From Azolla caroliniana (Eukaryota; Plantae; Polypodiophyta): a stretch of 64,000 nt of DNA. The DNA lies in assembly GCA_043228905.1 (NCBI GenBank), contig JBHGNT010000011.1:4960001-5024000 (forward strand). Reading direction: 5' to 3'. The notes under the pieces are model-generated. The model saw only the letters and a program-made list of their open reading frames with translations, was not told the origin of the DNA and did not search any database. Made by a program: the position numbers and the translations under genes. Below, in pieces: positions 61,530 to 64,000 of this stretch (the first letter of the stretch is position 1; every line of letters starts with the position of its first letter).

Positions 61530-63860
61530 ATGCATATTCATTCCCTGAGAATTGTGTTGACTAGGACAATGACGAGAAGCACACCCATAAAGAAGACATT
61601 GATGAAAGAGAAAGTGAAGACACTAGTGAAGGAAGGAAGAAGGACACCCATGAAAGAAAGCAAGAAGACACCCACAAGAGAAAGGGTGATGAATTCATCA
61701 ACACAGAGAAAGAAGATGTACCACTCCATCAGTTGAGACACACCTCTTGGATGAAATTATTTCCTTCGAGCACGACCTAACGTTTATCCAGAGCTGAGAG
61801 AGTGGTTGTTAAAAACCTGGGGGTCAGCACATCCCGACACAAGGCGAGGATTCCACATAAGTGGTTTGAAGAGGGAATACATGAATTTATTGAAGACGAG
61901 ATACGAACATGTTTATGATACAAATCAAATCACTAACAATGAGGTGGGTACTGTTTTTGCACGTGCTTTTGCATGTGAAGTTCAAGGTGGCATTGACGTA
62001 AATTGGGAAGATTTTAATCGGCACCGGTTAGAACATTACAAAGGGTCCTCCAGTACCAACACTGGCTTGAAGTCATTTGGAACCTCTCATGTGGATATTC
62101 TAGCTATAACACCTGTCCACCAAGTTCTAGAGGCAAAGGTACGGGCCACAATGACTGAAAAGCATGAACAGATGATGGCCGGTTGCATAGCTTCTATGAG
62201 CTCAAGAATACAAACACTACTTGCTGATTTGGAAGCAGTGGAACATATGCTTCTACAAACAAATTCCCCAAGCTCCGGTCAACATCAAGAAATAGAGCCC
62301 ACTAAGAAGAGAAATGCAGTTTCTTTACAAATAGAGCCCAGTAAGAAGAGAAATGCTGCAAGAATGTTGTATGGAAACGGCAAGAAAGGCAAAGTTGAAT
62401 GCAATGGTGAGTCATATAAGTTCTCACCTGTCTAGAGCATTGTCAACCTAATCCATTGTCTAATACCATGTACTTGTGTTACTAGCTGATGATGAAATGA
62501 TATTTGGTGACGGAGATACGAGTCCAAAACCTGATCATGAAGACGAATTTATCACACTCCCAGGTACACGTCAAAAGCCAGACTTTGAAAACAATGATTT
62601 AGCTCATAACAACCCTATTTTTGTTGTTATTATAGATCATAACAACACTGTTGAGCACCTAGATGTTGTGGAGAAGATGATTGAGCCCACCACTTGCAAT
62701 GGGGTATCTACGGCTGTACAGTATGACGATGTAACATTAGGTAAAAATGTGGCCCTAAACCCTATGTTCATTGTTTGCAAACTTTTGAGTATGTGAGTTG
62801 ATACCAATATTCTTTGGAATCCCATTAATTAGGTTTACAAGAGCAGTCTGATTCCCAACTGCAATCAAATGAATCGGGAACTTCATGGAGCACAAGTGCA
62901 GAGTCAGATTCCCATCAGAGTCAGAATCAAATTAACCTTTGCAAGGAGGCAGACTCTGGAAGCACATCTTCCACACATGAGGATTGTGAGAAAAACGAAG
63001 CATTCATATGTGAAGAGTAGCTGGCATGTACAAACAACACTATGTCTAAAGAAGCCTATGAGTGTGGAAAGAATATGGCAAGTACTGAAGAGAAGATTGA
63101 AGCCCATGAAGAGTGTGGAAAGAATATGGCAAGTACTGAAGAGAAGACTGATTGTAATGATAATGTGGCAAGTGCTGAAGAGAAGACTGATTGTACTGAT
63201 AATGTGCTAGTACTGTCTAAAGATTCCCATGAGGATCATGGAAAGAACATTGCTAGTAATGAAGAGGAGCTTGATTGTACTGAGAATGTGCTAGTAGTGT
63301 CTTGTGAAGCCCATGAGGATCGTGGAAAGAACATCGCTTTCCCTGAAGATAAGCCTGATTGTACAAAATCCCATGAGGAGTGTAGAGTGAACAACGTTAC
63401 TAATGAAGGTGGGCCTGATTGTACTCAGAGCGAACAACGTTGTCTTAAGAATGAGGTGACATCCACCGTACAAGAGGAGTTGACCATGACTACTGCCACG
63501 GTCCACATACAGGAGTCTAATAAGAACGAGTGTATAGGCATCAGTGATGATGATAGGGCAATAAAGATCGCTAGGAGTACAAGCATTCAGGAGATGAGTG
63601 ATAATTTGTCTATCGACAACACCTTTGTGGATTTGTGTAGAAGCATTGCAGTTGAAGAAAACATAGTTGCTCTCTCAAGCTTGCCACCAGTACAAGGTGC
63701 CCGTGCATCCACGCCTGTCTCTGATGCCTCTGATGATGAAGTGCCACTTAGTCAGCTCATACCTAAAGGCTTTAAGATAAAGAAGAATGTAAAATCAGAA
63801 AAATCTGGCACCAACAACAAGCGCATTACAAGATCGGCCAAGTTACCCTCTAGTGCCTGA
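61530..63860 (+). pseudogene. Unidentified, probably spliced and decayed ORF set (likely transposon-borne) with an acidic repeat-rich C-terminal part
   Basis: ORFs 61806-62435, 62476-62796 and 63042-63860 lie on one strand. There are stops and frameshifts upstream, HEECGKNMASTEEK repeats and KKR NLS-like duplications. The region is preceded by a CT-rich leader and T-rich intron-like DNA. Confidence 0.45.
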
Positions 63861-64000
63861 TTGTCTTTTGATTGTACTTGAACTTTAGTTGTTAGTGATG
63901 TCTGAAATTGAACTATTTGGATACCAAAATACTGTTTCAATTGCCAATGTAAAAAATCCAGTTCATGAATCTGAAATAGTTATACCAGTGTGAAATCAAG

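Overview
Eukaryotic, repeat-rich plant genomic DNA. It is most likely from a non-seed plant such as a fern, inferred from the retrotransposon lineages, the long introns and the microsatellite load. There is one intact host gene: a 3-exon, minus-strand 2-oxoglutarate/Fe(II) dioxygenase of the gibberellin 20-oxidase-like type (17261->11887, 391 aa). It is surrounded by decayed, nested transposons: two non-chromovirus Ty3/Gypsy relatives, a Tcn1-like chromovirus with a non-autonomous chromodomain derivative inserted in it, at least six Ty1/Copia pieces, an L1-type LINE, Mutator- and hAT-type MITEs and solo LTRs. An unidentified multi-ORF region lies at the right end. The most notable observations are: (i) antisense tRNA-like A-box/B-box modules in the U3 region of two unrelated Gypsy LTR families; (ii) a Tf1-type self-priming signature in the chromovirus derivative; (iii) a Gypsy derivative with two tandem tRNA-Trp PBS-gag units; (iv) a dense GATTA/TAATC motif cluster in the promoter and first intron of the GA20ox-like gene; (v) Copia elements with a duplicated PPT and a charged extension after RNase H. 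All calls were made by eye, and no database searches were run.
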